From Chrysemys picta bellii (lineage: Eukaryota), in the NCBI RefSeq assembly GCF_011386835.1, contig NC_088796.1, positions 84,568,001 to 84,632,000 on the forward strand: 64,000 nucleotides of DNA, read 5' to 3'. The translations under genes were made by a program, and so were the position numbers. The notes below the pieces were generated by a model. It had not been told where the DNA came from. It searched no databases and saw only the letters and a program-made list of their open reading frames with translations. Each line of letters begins with the position of its first letter. Position 1 is the stretch's first letter. Below are positions 1 to 12,116 of the stretch, piece after piece.

Positions 1-779
1 GTGAAGTATTTTTTTTTAAATTGGTCTGATGTCCCTTTCTTTATAAAGACTGCCCAGATGCCTTGTTTGTTATTTGCTTTGTTAATACTTGCTTTTCACC
101 ATAAAAATATAAGGGTTCAGGACTGTCAAGCCTGGGAGGCATAAGGGATGTTTATTGTGATAGAAGAGAGTGCTGGATCTTTTAACAAATGCTCCCTTAA
201 TTCCAAATGTTAATTTGTCACTGGAATTAAATAGGTGTTACTAAAACACATCCCAAAAAGGTTTTAAATAGTCTAACTAAATCCCTCCCCCACAATTGCA
301 CTCTTTGGGGTATTGTGATGTCACCATTTCACTAGTTCTCCAGGCATTGTGAAGTCTTTCAGCCCAGGAAAGACCTGCATTGCTAATACAAAGAACAGAC
401 ATATAATTTTACAAGACTTTTAAGCCTTTTTTATATAGCATAGAGAAAGATACAAACTGGATATAGTTTCCTATGCAGGTCACCAGTGATACACGTAAAT
501 TCCTGATTTATTAATTTTTAAGATCTCAGGGAAGATCACAAAACCTTTATAAAACTGGGATTTTGTAACTACTAATTTTGATAAAAATTATGGATATGGG
601 ATTGACTAGAGCACAAATTTTGAGTAACAAGGATATTTGGGGGTTGGAGAATTAGGCCCTGATCTTGCAATTGTTAGCATGTAAGCATCTGCTGCACCTG
701 TTGTAGGGCCCAACCAATTGCAGAATCGGGGCCTATGAAGGAGCAAAGAAACTGCCATCTGGCACAGTGGGGATTAAAG

Positions 780-1255
780 AAAACCTTTGGGTTCAGCTAG
801 CCCTGCCCTGCTATACCTGCAGCCAATACCAGGTTTGGAGGGGGTAGAAAAGAAGGGAGGCTGGCTCATTTGGCAGCTGACTGGTGAGATGGCAGGAGCT
901 ATCTGCTGGCTGAGATGGATCAGTAACCTGCCAGCCAGCACAGCCACTTGAGGCAAGTAAATGTTCCCCTGCCAAGGGGAGTATGCAAATAATCCCTAGA
1001 TGTTGGGCATCTGGACTAGTGGGGCCATGCCCCAAACTAAAGAGACTTGTAGGAAGAAACCCACGGAACACACACTGGGAGGCAGACCCAACTCCTCTGT
1101 TTAGGGGTTGACCTACATAGGGCTCTGGGCTGGGACCCGGTGGAGAGGGAGGGTCTGGGTCCCCCTACCGTCCTCTCTGGCCTTACAGATTGAAAGACCA
1201 GCTACTAGGCCACCTGGCCATAGAAAATCCTATACCAATATAGTTAAACCTGTAA
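780..1255. mobile_element. LTR-like fragment (turtle Gypsy/ERV LTR type)
   Basis: GC-richer block resembling the U5 end of recalled turtle LTR families (gggctctgggctgggacccggtggagagggagggtctgggtccccctacc). Ends not resolved. Confidence 0.3.
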
Positions 1256-1632
1256 CAACTTTTGGGTGTAGACAAGACCATTGCTAAAGAATCCCAATGA
1301 CCTTAATTGAGTCTCCATGTGAAGGTTCACGGTGCTTAGTGCAGAACTGGAGCTCAAAGTTTCTGTGGTGTTAACAAAAGTGACACTGATGACAGGGAAG
1401 AGACACTTAGTGAACAGTCACATAGTCCTGCCAATGCATCTCAATCATAACTTGCAACATTTTGGCTGAGAGGAAAAAGAAACTATTTTAAAGGTACCTT
1501 AATCTATTTACTTTGGCCAGCTTCTTGTTGGCTCATAGTAAAGAGCAGGAGCAGGACGTGGACAGCTGTAAAGGAAGTTCTGAATTGTGGAGCACTGCTT
1601 CGTGGAGGCTTGATCTGCTGCAATTGGAGCGC

Positions 1633-1634
<2 letters not shown>

Positions 1635-1696
<62 letters not shown>
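1635..1696. repeat. (GT)31 microsatellite
   Basis: Uninterrupted GT run read directly; it explains the HT/CV-repeat ORFs at 1508-1730. Confidence 0.97.
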
Positions 1697-1699
<3 letters not shown>

Positions 1700-2657
1700 A
1701 CACATTCCTAAGTAGGATGCTACACTCCAAGGCCTTGCAGAACTCCTCTGTGGGAAGCCTATTTAATCAAGCCTTGCCAGGTGCGAAGATTTAAGCCTAT
1801 TTACTAATTCCCCATCCCCTTGTTTTCTTTGCAATGAGTAATTCCATGTCATCAAAATATACAGAGCCAGGGTCAGAATAAATTCTATTTGACAACCAAT
1901 TCTTTGTGCATCTGATATATAAAGCAGAACTTGTGATTTTTAGAGAAAAGCTTTTTTCATGGTAAATGCAAATGTATGAGAAATATTTTATTTTCATGAC
2001 AATTACTGATTCTAAAGTACTTTGAAAGATTGCTTAAAATCACATGGCTATATTAGAAATCCCTTAATTTAAAAATATACCTGTGACTCGAAGCATCTCT
2101 GTATTCACAGCCTACACACTATTGTAGTAATCTTTGTACAAAATATGCCTTCTGAGGTATCATTTGAAAACTAATAACTCACTTATCATTAATATTTTTG
2201 TGTGATGTATGCATGTGGTGGGTATTAAGAGTTATGATATGTGCCAGAATTATATTCTTAAAAAGTGTTTCACAAGCAGTGCATAAGCACAGTCTGCCTT
2301 AAACAAAAGAATATGGGTTTATTGCAGTACACATATATGTTGTAAACGGGGCCATCAAACTAACAAGGTGGTGGGAGGGGGAGACTGAAGGAAACAGAAC
2401 AATTTGCATTTTAGCAAACAGCAGGAGGGGAAGAAAAAACATGGAGCTTCCTTCACCATTAGACTTCATGTCGCCTTCCGCACAGCTTAAATAAACTTTA
2501 CTTTCAGGGGTAACCTTTAGGAGAATCCATTTCAAAGGTTTACTGGTCTATAAAGATTGAGGGGCTGTAGACAGGCTGCTGGGGTCAGGGTTGCTGAACC
2601 AAGGCTGGCCGCATAACACACACACACTCAGAGTGTGACCTGCGTGCTTGTTGCTAA

Positions 2658-2922
2658 GGGTACGTCTATACTTACCCGCTGATTCGGCGGCAAGCAATCG
2701 AACTTCTGGGATCGATTTATCGATAAATCGATCCCGGAAGTGCTCGCCGTCGACACCGGTAATCCTGCTCCGCGAGAGGAGAAGGTGGAGTCAACGTGGG
2801 AGCCTGCCTGCCGCGTGTGGACCTGCGGTAAGTACCTTTAAGTTTGAACTAAGATACTTCGACTTCACGTAGCTGAAGTTGCGTATCTTAGTTCGAACTG
2901 GGGGCTTCATGTGGACCAGCCC
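2658..2922. mobile_element. PIF/Harbinger-type MITE inserted in the 5' LTR-like block
   Basis: Terminal inverted repeats gggtacgtctatact / gtggaccagccc; 3-bp TSD TAA on both sides; internal CpG-rich hairpins. Confidence 0.8.
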
Positions 2923-3235
2923 TAACAGAACTACAGTAGCAAGCATTGAGGCACTCTGTAGTACAGGGTATGAGGTGGCACAACTCCTCACCGGTCTGGA
3001 TTGCACCCAAGAAGGTGACAGTGGCATAGTCAAAACAAGGCTTACACACAGCTTGCTATTTTAACTGAGAATTATACTTTAAGCGCCGGTGTAACAATTT
3101 TAAGTGATTCTCAAGTGTGAAGGCTGGGAACAGTAAAAGAAAGGTTACAGTTTTATTATTTTCTGTTTATTTTGGGTAAGGGAAATAGAACAAATGTAAA
3201 GATGAAAACAGGAATGTCAGCAACTACAAAGATAA

Positions 3236-3507
3236 GGTTTGTATACACTATCACTTATGTCGGTATAACTTATGTCACTCAGGAGTGTGAATAAGCCACC
3301 CCCACCCCTGCCCTCCGAGCGATGTGGACAGCGCTATGTCAGTGGGAGAGCTTCTTCCACCAACACATCTTATATGAAGGTGGTTTTATTATGCCAACGG
3401 GAGAGCTCTCTCCTATCAGCATAAAGTGTCTTCACCAGATGTGCGACAGTGGTGCAGCTGCATCAGTGCAGCTGTGCTGCCGTAGCGCTTCTAGTATAGA
3501 CTAGCCC
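3236..3507. mobile_element. Harbinger-type MITE (older family) inside the Gypsy internal region
   Basis: TIR-like ggtttgtatacact / agtatagactagccc; flanked by TAA and TTA. Confidence 0.65.
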
Positions 3508-4564
3508 TTATTGCAGGCCAGGTTGGAGAATGACAAAATGAGACAGGTGCGTGAACACCAAAAATGATTATATGAACAGAAAGACAGAGTGTGAACACTA
3601 AAAGTGGGAAGCAGACATGAGAGCCAAGGAGAGGGAGGCAGAAAGGCAGCAGCAAGAAGAAGCACGCTGGTTGGTCCTGGAAGCAGACATAGCTGCTCAC
3701 CAACATGCCATGGAGCTGAAAGAGAAAGAAGCCAAGAAAATGAGAAGGAAAAGCTGCATGCCCAGAGCATAATGTACAAGCAAGGGAAGATACCAGAGTT
3801 CCTAGGTGCTCACTCCATCCAGAGTTCCTAGGTGCTCCCTCCAACCTGGGAGAAGCTCTGCCCTTCACATAAAGAAGCAGACTATATAAGAATATTTTAC
3901 CACTTTTGAAAGGTTATGTGAGAATCATACTGTAGTTTCAGAACACAAGAAAGTCCCCACACTGATTGCAAGGTTGTCTGATAAAACCTTAAATGTATTT
4001 AATGAAATGCCAATTGAACAAACTTTGAAATATCCCAAATTTAAAAAGCTGACTTGCAAAGGTTTCAAATTACCATTGAGGTGTAAAGGTTGAAATTCAG
4101 AAATCTCAGGAAAAGTGCTGGCATGAGTCATAGCGAGTAAGATCGAATAAGAACAGGCAAAGGGACAAGGGGCTGAGAACTATGTCCAGTTGTTTGATCT
4201 CTTTGCTCAAACATTCTGGGGAAGTCAAAGACACAGTATGGGATAAATCTTTACATTCTGTACAGGAAGTTGACTTCCTGATTCCTTTGTGCAAGCCCAA
4301 AAGTCTGATGAGTGCAAGACAGAGAAGGACGGTCAGAAGCTTGGTGTAAAGAGGGGGCCTTCTTTTATCCCTGGGAAGGTGGAGGGTGGTGAGGATCCCA
4401 GGCACTCACCTTCCCAGAATTGTTCCCCTCCTAGAAATCCCCATCACAGACCTCCTGGGCAGGAGAATGGTCAAAGAGGGTGCTATCAGTGTAATTGCTC
4501 TAAGCTAAAAAAAACCCAAAACACTTAGCCTTCACCCAGGTTAATACTGTGATTATTAACACAC

Positions 4565-5560
4565 TGTTAGAACTTGGTCCTATGGGGTACCTGGGCCTTT
4601 GAAACCTCCACATCACCACAGGAGGTTTAGGCTGGGCTCTGGCAGGAGGATTATGTGAGGCTGGACTCAGCAGGAAGTAACACCAGCAGGACCTAAGTGG
4701 CAGTTCCTCACCGCCCACTGATTGGCTGGCACCAGTACTTAAGCCAGACTGGAGGATGTGGGCTTCCTGGCAGCCTTCTGGGAGTTCTAGCTGGCCTGGA
4801 GAGGGCAAAGGCGCGCTTTTCCTTTGGCGTGGCGGTGGTGGGACGTGGGGAAGGTGTGCGCCTGGATCTTCTGCTGTGACTACACCTGGGGCGCCAGCTG
4901 ACGGAGGCATGCAGCAATAGAGCGGTTGGAACGGATGGTCTTAGAGCTGGAGAGGCATCTGTCCGTCAGCAACAAGGATCCATTCCTCTGCGGAGTGTGC
5001 CAGGAGAAGCGGGAGGAGCTCCAGGCCCTCAAGGACCATCGGGCCTGGGGTGCCTTTGTCCAATCCCGCATCCGCCTCCTTCGGAGATGGGTCGTGGCTC
5101 CCGCTTCTTCTACACCCTGGAGAAAAGTAGGGGGACCAAGAAGCATGTCACCTGCCTCCTGGCAGAGGACGGCACTGCCCTCACGGATCTGGAGGAGATG
5201 TGTCGGAGAGCCAGGGAACTCTATGCAGGCCTTTTCTCCCCAGATCCGACCGATCCTGATGCTTGCAGAGTGCTCTGGGACGGACTCCCAACGGTCAGCG
5301 CGGGAGACCAAGTCTGGCTAGAGCTGCCTCTCACTTTGGCCGAGTTCTTGGAAGCCCTCCGCCACATGCCCACCAATAAATCAGCTTCAGACCTGGTGTG
5401 CAAGAGACCCCAGACTCTGGTTTCCAAATCTGCCCATCTCCTGATGCCTGAGTCTTGTTCTGCCCTCTGGCCAGTCTTGGATTTTGGCCCTCTGGTACCT
5501 AACCAGCCCTGACCCCTGCTCTGACCACTAGGTCTTACTGTCCACATCCCAATTATGACA
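4565..5560 (+). mobile_element. Solo LTR-like element nested in the Gypsy gag-pro region
   Basis: Begins TGttag and ends tgaCA; flanks cacac / cacag (4 of 5 match, TSD-like); TATA-like tacttaag at about 4737; turtle-LTR-type end ctctgaccactaggtc...tgaca. Confidence 0.55.
4756..5379 (+). mobile_element. Tx1-clade (L1 group) non-LTR retrotransposon, internal ORF2 fragment
   Basis: Translation RGSRFFYTLEKSRGTKKHVTCLLAEDG...LPLTLAEFLEALRHMPTNKS is typical of the L1/Tx1 ORF2 segment between endonuclease and RT. Frameshifted and truncated at both ends. Confidence 0.8.
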
Positions 5561-5571
5561 CACAGAGGTGC

Positions 5572-5874
5572 ATGCTGAGCCCGATTAATTTTGTTAGGTC
5601 TGACTCTGAGGAGATGGACCTGGAGTTTATCAAGGTTGCTGAAGTAAATGGCAGGGAATGGAGAGACACTGGTGGTGCACAAATTTCTCTGGTCAGGGAA
5701 ACCATGGTCAGAAAAACTAACATGTTACCTGGTGAGGATGTAGAGCTGGCATTGGAGAAATATAAAATTCCTGTAACTCTGGTTAAAATGCATTTGGATT
5801 GGGAAGGCTCGAAAGTTACCTTGAAGGCTGAGCTAGTTAGACAGCATTCCCACAGCAATGCTGGTGGGAAATGA
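5572..5874 (+). pseudogene. Retroviral-type aspartic protease remnant of the Gypsy element
   Basis: ORF contains VAEVNGREWRDTGGAQISLV, a degenerate D-T-G-A active-site motif in retropepsin context. Confidence 0.7.
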
Positions 5875-6299
5875 TATTCTTAATATGTGCAAGATTGTTA
5901 AAATTGTAACCTATAGTAAAAAGGAATAATTGTCCTTTGATCTCAGAGAATTGTGCAGATAAAGAAACAGCTGTCAGGGCAAGGGACAGCCCTATCTCAG
6001 CAGGAAGAAGCAATGTGCTTTTGAGTGTGGGAGGTGCTGAGGCCAGCTCTTGCATAACAAAGGAAAGTAGTATGCTCTTAGAGCTGGAGGATGGGAAGAA
6101 GTAACCCCTGTTACTGAAGAATCTGTCCCAGCTGCCAGTGTTTTGCAGATGAATGAAGGACAGACCCCACTCTAGGGTGCATAAAGGGATATGTCCCGAA
6201 GGGATCCTCCACTGAAGTGAAATGGGGAAATGTTTTTTGAAAAGGTAGGGAGACTATGCAGGGAATTTCCCCTGGAGGGAAAGCCTGGGAAAACCTTAT

Positions 6300-6590
6300 A
6301 AGCAGCTGGTTGTACCTGCCCAGCACCAGGACTGTCCTTTTGTGGGTCATTTAGGGGCCCAGAAAACCTATGAGAGGTTAAAGAAATATTTCTACTGGTC
6401 AGGGACACAGAATGAGGTGGGAGATTATTGCAGGTCTTGTGAATTATCACAAAAAAGAAAAAGACCTGCAGGACCCTAGAAAGTTTATCTCCACCCCTTG
6501 CCTGTAATACAAGAGGCATTTTATAGGTTTGCAATGGACACTGTGGTCCCTATCCCACGCCCTACCCAAAGGGGGAAGAAATATATCCTG
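6300..6590 (+). pseudogene. Integrase remnant (HHCC zinc-binding region to first catalytic Asp)
   Basis: Hand translation: KQLVVP...GHLGAQKTYERLKKYFYWSGTQNEVGDYCRSCELSQK, in-frame stop, then HPLPVIQEAFYRFAMDTVVP...RGKKYIL. Truncated after this. Confidence 0.8.
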
Positions 6591-6810
6591 CCACAGTTTT
6601 TGGGTTCAGGGAACTTTGAACTGATGCCTGTGGAGTAGCCAGTGGCTAAATCTTATTGCATCATTGCCGAGGGTATTGATGCTCAAATGATAAGCAATTG
6701 AATCACTTATATACTACATTACTGTATTATAAAAGTGTATAGAGTGAGGTCTTTTCTGAAAGTTAATGACACACTGGTGATTAATGTCACTGACATGTAT
6801 GTAGTAATAC

Positions 6811-7111
6811 CAGGGGCGGTCTAGCTTTTTTGCCGCCCCACGCACGGCAGGCAGGCTACCTTCGGCAGCATGCCTGTGGGAGGTCCCCGGTCCCGCGGAT
6901 TCGGTGGCATGCCTGCGGGAGGTCTGCTGGTCCCGCGGCTTCAGCATACCTGCCGCCGAATTGCCGCCGAATCCACAGGACCGGCGGACCTCCCGCAGGC
7001 ATGCTGTCAAAGGCTGCCTGACTGCCGCCCTCGCAGCAACCGGCAGGGCGCCCCCCGCGGCTTGCTGCCCCAGGCACACGCTTGCTGCGCTGGTGCCTGG
7101 AGCCACCGCTG
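6811..7111. mobile_element. hAT-type MITE, GC-rich, in the 3' LTR-like block
   Basis: TIRs caggggcggtctag / ctggagccaccgctg; perfect 8-bp TSD agtaatac (6803-6810 and 7112-7119); internal direct and inverted subrepeats of about 40 bp. Confidence 0.88.
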
Positions 7112-9169
7112 AGTAATACTATATGAAGAAATATAGATACTTAATGATATTATGCTTTAAAGCTTGTGACTAAACCAGGAGACACAGATTCCCTGTCAAA
7201 CAGGAGAGAAGGCAGCTATCTACCAGTCTCCTATGAACAAAGGCCAGAGCCCAGGCTAGAATGCATAAAGCAGCTACCTATCTATCTCCTATGTAAATTA
7301 AGCACAGTGGAATCAAAGCAATGGAAGCCCCATTTACATACAGGGGGATGGGAAACCCACAGGAAGGGAAAATCAGCATGAGGTCATCCTGAAGATCATT
7401 GAACTTTTGAAGATAAAAGCAAGGATAGAAGCCATCTTGGGCATCCATCACTAGACAGACTCAAGGGAACAGAGCTCTTGCATGCTGAAAAAGATGGGTC
7501 CTTCAACCACGGAGAGGCTGAAGTCTCTGGAAACTGAATACAGGTAAGAAACCTGCTCAGACAAAGATCTTTCACTTAGGAAGACGAGGGAAACCTGCAT
7601 CTTGTACTTCTGTTGAAGGTCCTGACTGAACAAAAGTCACCATGGCTGGGAAGAAGAAGGACTGGTGAGAGGAATGACTGTTGAGAGAGACCATCTTCAA
7701 CAAAACCTATAGCCTGCTAGATTAAGTTTTAGACTTTTAGATGTGTTTTCACTCTGACTTGCTTGTACTCTTTCTAACTTTATTCCTTTTACTTGGCATC
7801 ACTTAACCTATGTCCTGCTAATAAATTTGTTTTACCATAGCCCAACTCAGTCCTGTGTTTGCAGGGAAGGTGTAGTTACCTCAGTTGGGTTAATAAGCTG
7901 TGATATACTTCCTTCTCTGTAAAGGAACAAATGAACCTTATTATTTCTCTGAACTATCCAGGAGCGGGCTGAACATTGGGATAATTTGGGACTGGGTGTG
8001 TGTTAGGGTCCCTTGCTGGTTGTAACTGAGACTGGTAGACACCAGAGTGGGGCTGTAGATGGGCTGCTGGGATCAGAGTTGCTGAACCAGGGCTGGCTAT
8101 GTAGCACACACACTCAGGGTGTGGCCTACATGCTTGTGGGCTGGCTCTGAGCATCCCAGTCTGGAAGCTTCAGCAACAAAGCATTGTCAGCAAGGCAAGT
8201 AGTGAGGCAACCCTCCACTAGTCTGAACTGCACCCAGAACACCATGAGAACAGCCAGTTGGGGCTTTTTGTTGTACCATTCTTGCTGTTTGTCCTTACAC
8301 TCAATGAGCTCTCAGTGAACCCTACTTTTATTGGAAGGAGTCTAAGGCTTTACCCTAAATATATAACACCACTTATCATGCTTTTAGAATTTGAATGTTT
8401 TTCAAGACAACACTTGCCACAATCTTGTGTGTGTTGAGAGAGACACTCCCATGTCAAGAATTATATAAAAATCTGGTGCCACGTGATTTCTATAAACAGA
8501 GGAAAATGAGAAATAGAGAAAAGAAAAAGCCTGGAAAGAAGAATGACTGTTGCTCCCTGAACAAAGAGCAGAAACTTCCTTCTTTGATCTTAGAAATTGG
8601 AACTTGGCAGACAGTGCCATTAAATTTCAATTTTTTTGTTAAACTATAAGTGACTCCAAGGAACTATACCTAGGGTTAATGGAATTAATTGAAATCTATG
8701 AAAGGAAAATGTAGACCTAATGGGACAAAACTTACTGTCAGCATCTAGGTTTAACTCCCATTAACTTCCACTGAAATTTCACCATATAACTGTGAGCAGA
8801 ATCTGGTCCATCATTGGGGAAAAATGTCCTAGTAGTGAAGTCTATTAGACTATGGGTTAGTCTCCTAAGGGAACGATTTTGAGTTGTTTTAAAACTAGAC
8901 AGAACAAACTCCAAAAAATTGACTGTTTGAAACATCCTGAACTGAAAGGGAGACGGAGAAGATGACCTAAATAGAAATTTTCCTCACATTTTAAGAGTTA
9001 GTTTGGAGCTCAATTAATGAATGACTCAGAATAGTCTAGATATTTTTTATAATATATCTATCATACACAAGGTTTACCAAATAGCCTTTTAAATCTACCT
9101 ATATCCTGACAGCTGGGGACAGAAGAAGCTTGGCTGCAAATTAGCTATGATTTTACATTTTGGTTTTTA

Positions 9170-9420
9170 AATGTGACGTTAGTGCTTATGGAAGGTGCTG
9201 GATTGGCTGAATTGGAGACTGAAGTCTTCCATTTATGAAGGGGGAAAAAAAAAAAGCCAGAGTAGAGCTCATGCAAACTCCCCATATTATTCCACCAATG
9301 TGCTTCACCTGAGATTCAGATGGACATTCTAGGGATGAGACAGTGGTTCAGTCTCTGTATCCATTCACTCCTTAGTTTCTGTGCTGAGAGAAGTGTTGGG
9401 AAATCTTAATAGGTAGGCAA
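9170..9420 (-). mobile_element. AmnSINE1-like (Deu-domain) ancient SINE relic
   Basis: Reverse complement resembles the recalled Deu-domain consensus (ctaaggagtgaatgg...gagactgaac...gcacattgg...gacttcagtctcca...cagcaccttcc...agcactaa). Highly diverged. Confidence 0.5.
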
Positions 9421-11038
9421 AATCTATCGTGTGTATGTATATGTAATATATATAGGGTTTTTCCAATACTGTTTTAAAAATAGACTATTTTGTATTGTTA
9501 AGCTGTAAAGAAACAAACATCTTTAATATTTAGGTCCAGATTGTAGCCCATATCCTGCAGGGGCACACAAGAGGTAGGGAAAGAACACAAAGAGCCTTTC
9601 TGTCTTGTTCCTCTGTACAGAGAATGGGCACAATCCCATGAGAGAGTGCAGAAGGACACTTGGGGAAACAGCAAGCAGTGAATCTGTGATAGGGAGCTGT
9701 ACTAGGCAGGTAGACATCCTGATATGTCCACATACTGAAAAAAGCCCAAAGAGCCCAACTACATGCAGTTTATGTTCCCAAATAAAAGCTAACCATATTT
9801 TTTATTTTGCTTTATGAAACACTTGCCTATGGCTCTCTTATGTGTCAATGATTCTACTGATATGAAGGAAAATGAAGTTAAAGCTCAATAGACCTATATG
9901 AAATTTCCCTAAAACAGTGACAAAAGAGTGTACATTTCTTCTTTTCAAACTCACTCTGGAGATTGCCAGATCTAGCAAAAATAATGCAGCCACTTTCACA
10001 GTGTATGAGGTTATGGAAGGTGATATTGTTTCAGTGTTTCTTCAAGTACATGCAGGTTTAGCAGCACGAATCAAAGCAATACATATTTGTCATGCCTAAT
10101 GGGATTTAATCTTTATTTTGTTTTAATTGTTCAAAAGCTTCTCTTTGAAAATAAACCTGCAAGAAAAAGGCTTGAGAAATGAGTGAAGATTCTGACCCTT
10201 CAATACTGTACACAATAACTGTTAATTTGTCATTTTGTTTCTTCACTGTTTTATGCAAATCACATGCAAAAACACAGTATTAAATAACAGAATATTAATA
10301 ATGAAAGTGACATTTCTTATTCTGTGAAGTGAAGCATTCTTTTAAAGTCATCAAATTGGTATTACATAAGCACTGAGTTATGGAGGCATTAGTAATGGCT
10401 CTATCATTGAGGCGGCATTGAGATTTGTACTTAAAGCAGGGATTAAAAATACCTTTGCTTAGTTTCCAAATTTTGCACACCAATTCTTCAGAAGTCAACT
10501 AAATACAGTGTTGTTGTTTGGGTTTTTTTTAGTGAAATATTTGCTGATTTTTTTTTTATGAATTTTTTTTCTCTTTAGTCGAACATCCAGGAAAATTTCT
10601 TCTTCAAAGTTCTTTCTATTTTGAGCCTGATTTTTTTTTCAGATCCAAAGCATTGTTATGATGTGAACACACCCTGTTCTCTAACTTAATGGCCCAAGGA
10701 GCGTATATTTGACTTTCTTTACATGGCCTATTTTGTCAGTACAGAAGAATCCAGTACATTTCTTCCCTACCTATGCATCACCTTGCTTTATCACAGCCTA
10801 AACATAATTTTAATGAATTATTTTTGTGTGACTATATTAAAAAGTTGCCATCGTTTCTTTGTGAATCTCAGAAAGAAGCACAAAATTATTCCAAATATGA
10901 TGTATACTCTCGCTATTTTTGGGTAGAAATTGGAGCTAATTGGCAAAACCTTCTATGTATGTGACTCCATTTTGATCCAGTCCCCTTAATCATTTAATCC
11001 CTTATTCCCTACGAAGGTAGTCTTAGAAAATCACTAAC

Positions 11039-11090
11039 CTGGCCCCAGGTGCTGAACCAGTGGTTTTGACTGGGGTCCAGCTGAGAGATA
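11039..11090 (-). CDS. Kelch-repeat protein, coding exon 7 (last exon found)
   Basis: atgtttcAG acceptor, (V)SLSWTPVKTTGSAPGA(R), GTtagt donor. 52 nt, phase 1 in, phase 2 out; fits exon 6. Confidence 0.85.
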
Positions 11091-11969
11091 CTGAAACATA
11101 ATATAGAATTTTAAATTACAGGATATAGTAATGGCAATGCAAACAAGTCATTACTAGTATGCTGAACTAACAGTAATACATAAAACCCAATTGTTTTAAC
11201 ATATAATTGGTTTTTCTGGACTGCAGTCATGAGTTCTGCTTAAAAATTGCTTGCACAATATGTCCGCATAGTTTTCAGAGCACAGTAATTCACATGAATA
11301 GAATGTGAGGTGTAAGAGAGATTTTGTAGTTTTGTAGTCCACTATAGGAAAGTAGTATGTATTTTACTTGCAATATGGCCAACATTTAAAAAAAAATTAA
11401 GTGCCCAAGTTGAAAAATGTTAGCCTATATGCTCACTCTTGGGTCTCACCTCATGTTCATAATATGAAAGACAACAAGCAAGTTACTGATGATTAAGAAA
11501 TTGTTCTATATTCACATGGCATATGCAAAAAAAAAAAAAAAAAAGACTTAAAGGGCCTGATTTTGAGGCTGGCTTCCACTTTTGAAGGCACAAATTTACG
11601 TTCACAAAAATTGTACCTGCAATTAATTGTGGGTGCAAATGCTGTCAATTAGACATCTATGTACCTGCATGAGCCCAGAGAAATGAGGGCTAAGTTGAAG
11701 TCTATTTTGGAAATCTTAGTATGAGGAATGAATGTAAGTCTTCAAACTAATTTGTAAACTGTCTTTAGCTGGTCAAGTTTATGATATATAGAACCCACTG
11801 TCCTTAATCTGGTAAAATGTTTAGATTTTTAATGCAGGAGTTTTTCATTGGCCTGGAAGCTGCATCGTTCTGTGCAAAAAATATTCTGTGTTTTTGCAAG
11901 AGTGGGATTCAAAGATATTTTCTTAGAATCTGAGTGATGATTTTTTTATAACAGAGTAGATTTACTTAC

Positions 11970-12116
11970 CAGTACTGAACATATACAGGTCATCAACAGC
12001 TTTTCCATAATGAACTCCACCATAAACATAGATATTTTCCCCTATTACTGCTGAACTGTGTCTGAGGGTCTGAGGTGCAATGCCATTGGTTTTTACCTTC
12101 TGCCATGTTAAAGAAC
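11970..12116 (-). CDS. Kelch-repeat protein, coding exon 6
   Basis: ttgttttAG acceptor, (S)SLTWQKVKTNGIAPQTLRHSSAVIGENIYVYGGVHYGKAVDDLYMFST, GTaagt donor. 147 nt; contains kelch W, RH and YxYGG motifs. Confidence 0.92.

Larger units (their letters stand above)
2082..8250 (+). mobile_element. Decayed Gypsy LTR retrotransposon, Gmr1-type domain order (gag-PR-IN), internally deleted
   Basis: LTR-like blocks at about 2082-3020 and 6715-8250 share a 3' segment (2561-2650 vs 8050-8140). Internal region has a coiled-coil gag-like stretch (3540-3800), a CYQCN knuckle remnant (about 4480), a protease remnant and an integrase remnant. Many stops and frameshifts. Confidence 0.75.

Noticed and set aside
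1508-1730. ORFs with HT and CV repeats
   Set aside because: Translation artefacts of the (GT)31 microsatellite.
6860-6990. About 40-bp repeat units that superficially resemble a CRISPR array
   Set aside because: Eukaryotic context, no unique spacers, no cas genes; they are MITE subterminal repeats, partly inverted.
6714-7116. Cluster of overlapping GC-rich ORFs
   Set aside because: All lie within a hAT MITE with TSDs; stop-poor because of GC content, no protein motif.
8402-8490. Phase-compatible acceptor giving RNHVAPDFYIILDM as possible kelch exon 8
   Set aside because: No FGG motif or kelch spacing; weak non-canonical donor.
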